The notes below the pieces were generated by a model that ran no database searches, was not told the DNA's origin, and was given only the letters and a program-made list of their open reading frames with translations. Shown here piece by piece: positions 35,946 to 36,139 of a stretch of 36,139 nt of DNA. The DNA is taken from positions 1 to 36,139 of the forward strand of contig CAJVPI010000303.1 in NCBI GenBank assembly GCA_910592345.1, in the 5' to 3' direction. Within the stretch, counting starts at the first letter, position 1, and the number at the start of each line of letters is the position of its first letter. Source of the DNA: Paraglomus brasilianum. Lineage: Eukaryota. The translations under genes and the position numbers were made by a program.

Positions 35946-36139
35946 TATTAATATGAAACTAATTCACCGTGGAACCAAAAAATTACAGCACAATCATAAA
36001 TCAGAGTATTTTAAACAAAAATTGGTAGAATAACTCAAATAGACGTCAAAACAAATACAGTCCCCGGATGGATTGAATCGATCAAAAATAGTCAACTATA
36101 ATCAATCAATTGGCGTAGCTATGTTACATAACTAAGGCT

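Noticed and set aside
1..36139. tRNA, rRNA or snRNA genes
   Set aside because: No cloverleaf or recognisable conserved RNA sequence found by eye; tRNAscan-SE/Infernal would be needed to exclude small RNAs.

Overview
Gene-dense, intron-rich fungal DNA. The short introns, two U12-type introns and the repeat-family relics suggest an early-diverging fungus, probably Glomeromycotina (inference). Ten intact genes were reconstructed by hand-splicing: a SAM-domain ATRX/RAD54L2-like SNF2 ATPase (-), MAD2 (-), NSUN5/RCM1 (-), an RS/WW-domain protein (+), a small predicted mitochondrial membrane protein (+), MTC1 (-), ERB1/BOP1 (+), an intronless 6-bladed beta-propeller protein (-), URM1 (+) and KTI12 (-). 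Decayed repeats lie at about 1-450, 14.7-17.5 kb, 21-22.5 kb, 26-31.2 kb and 35.4-36.1 kb. Main observations: (1) two minor-spliceosome introns, AT-AC in KTI12 and GT-AG in NSUN5; (2) URM1 and KTI12, which serve the two branches of tRNA U34 mcm5s2U modification, lie tail-to-tail 82 bp apart; (3) a 356-bp MITE with 17-bp TIRs and an atypical TTC duplication whose removal restores the host ORF; (4) a probable ~1.46-kb inversion splitting one coiled-coil gene across both strands; (5) an ~890-bp CpG-free island. Family assignments come from motif recognition and recall; no database searches were run.
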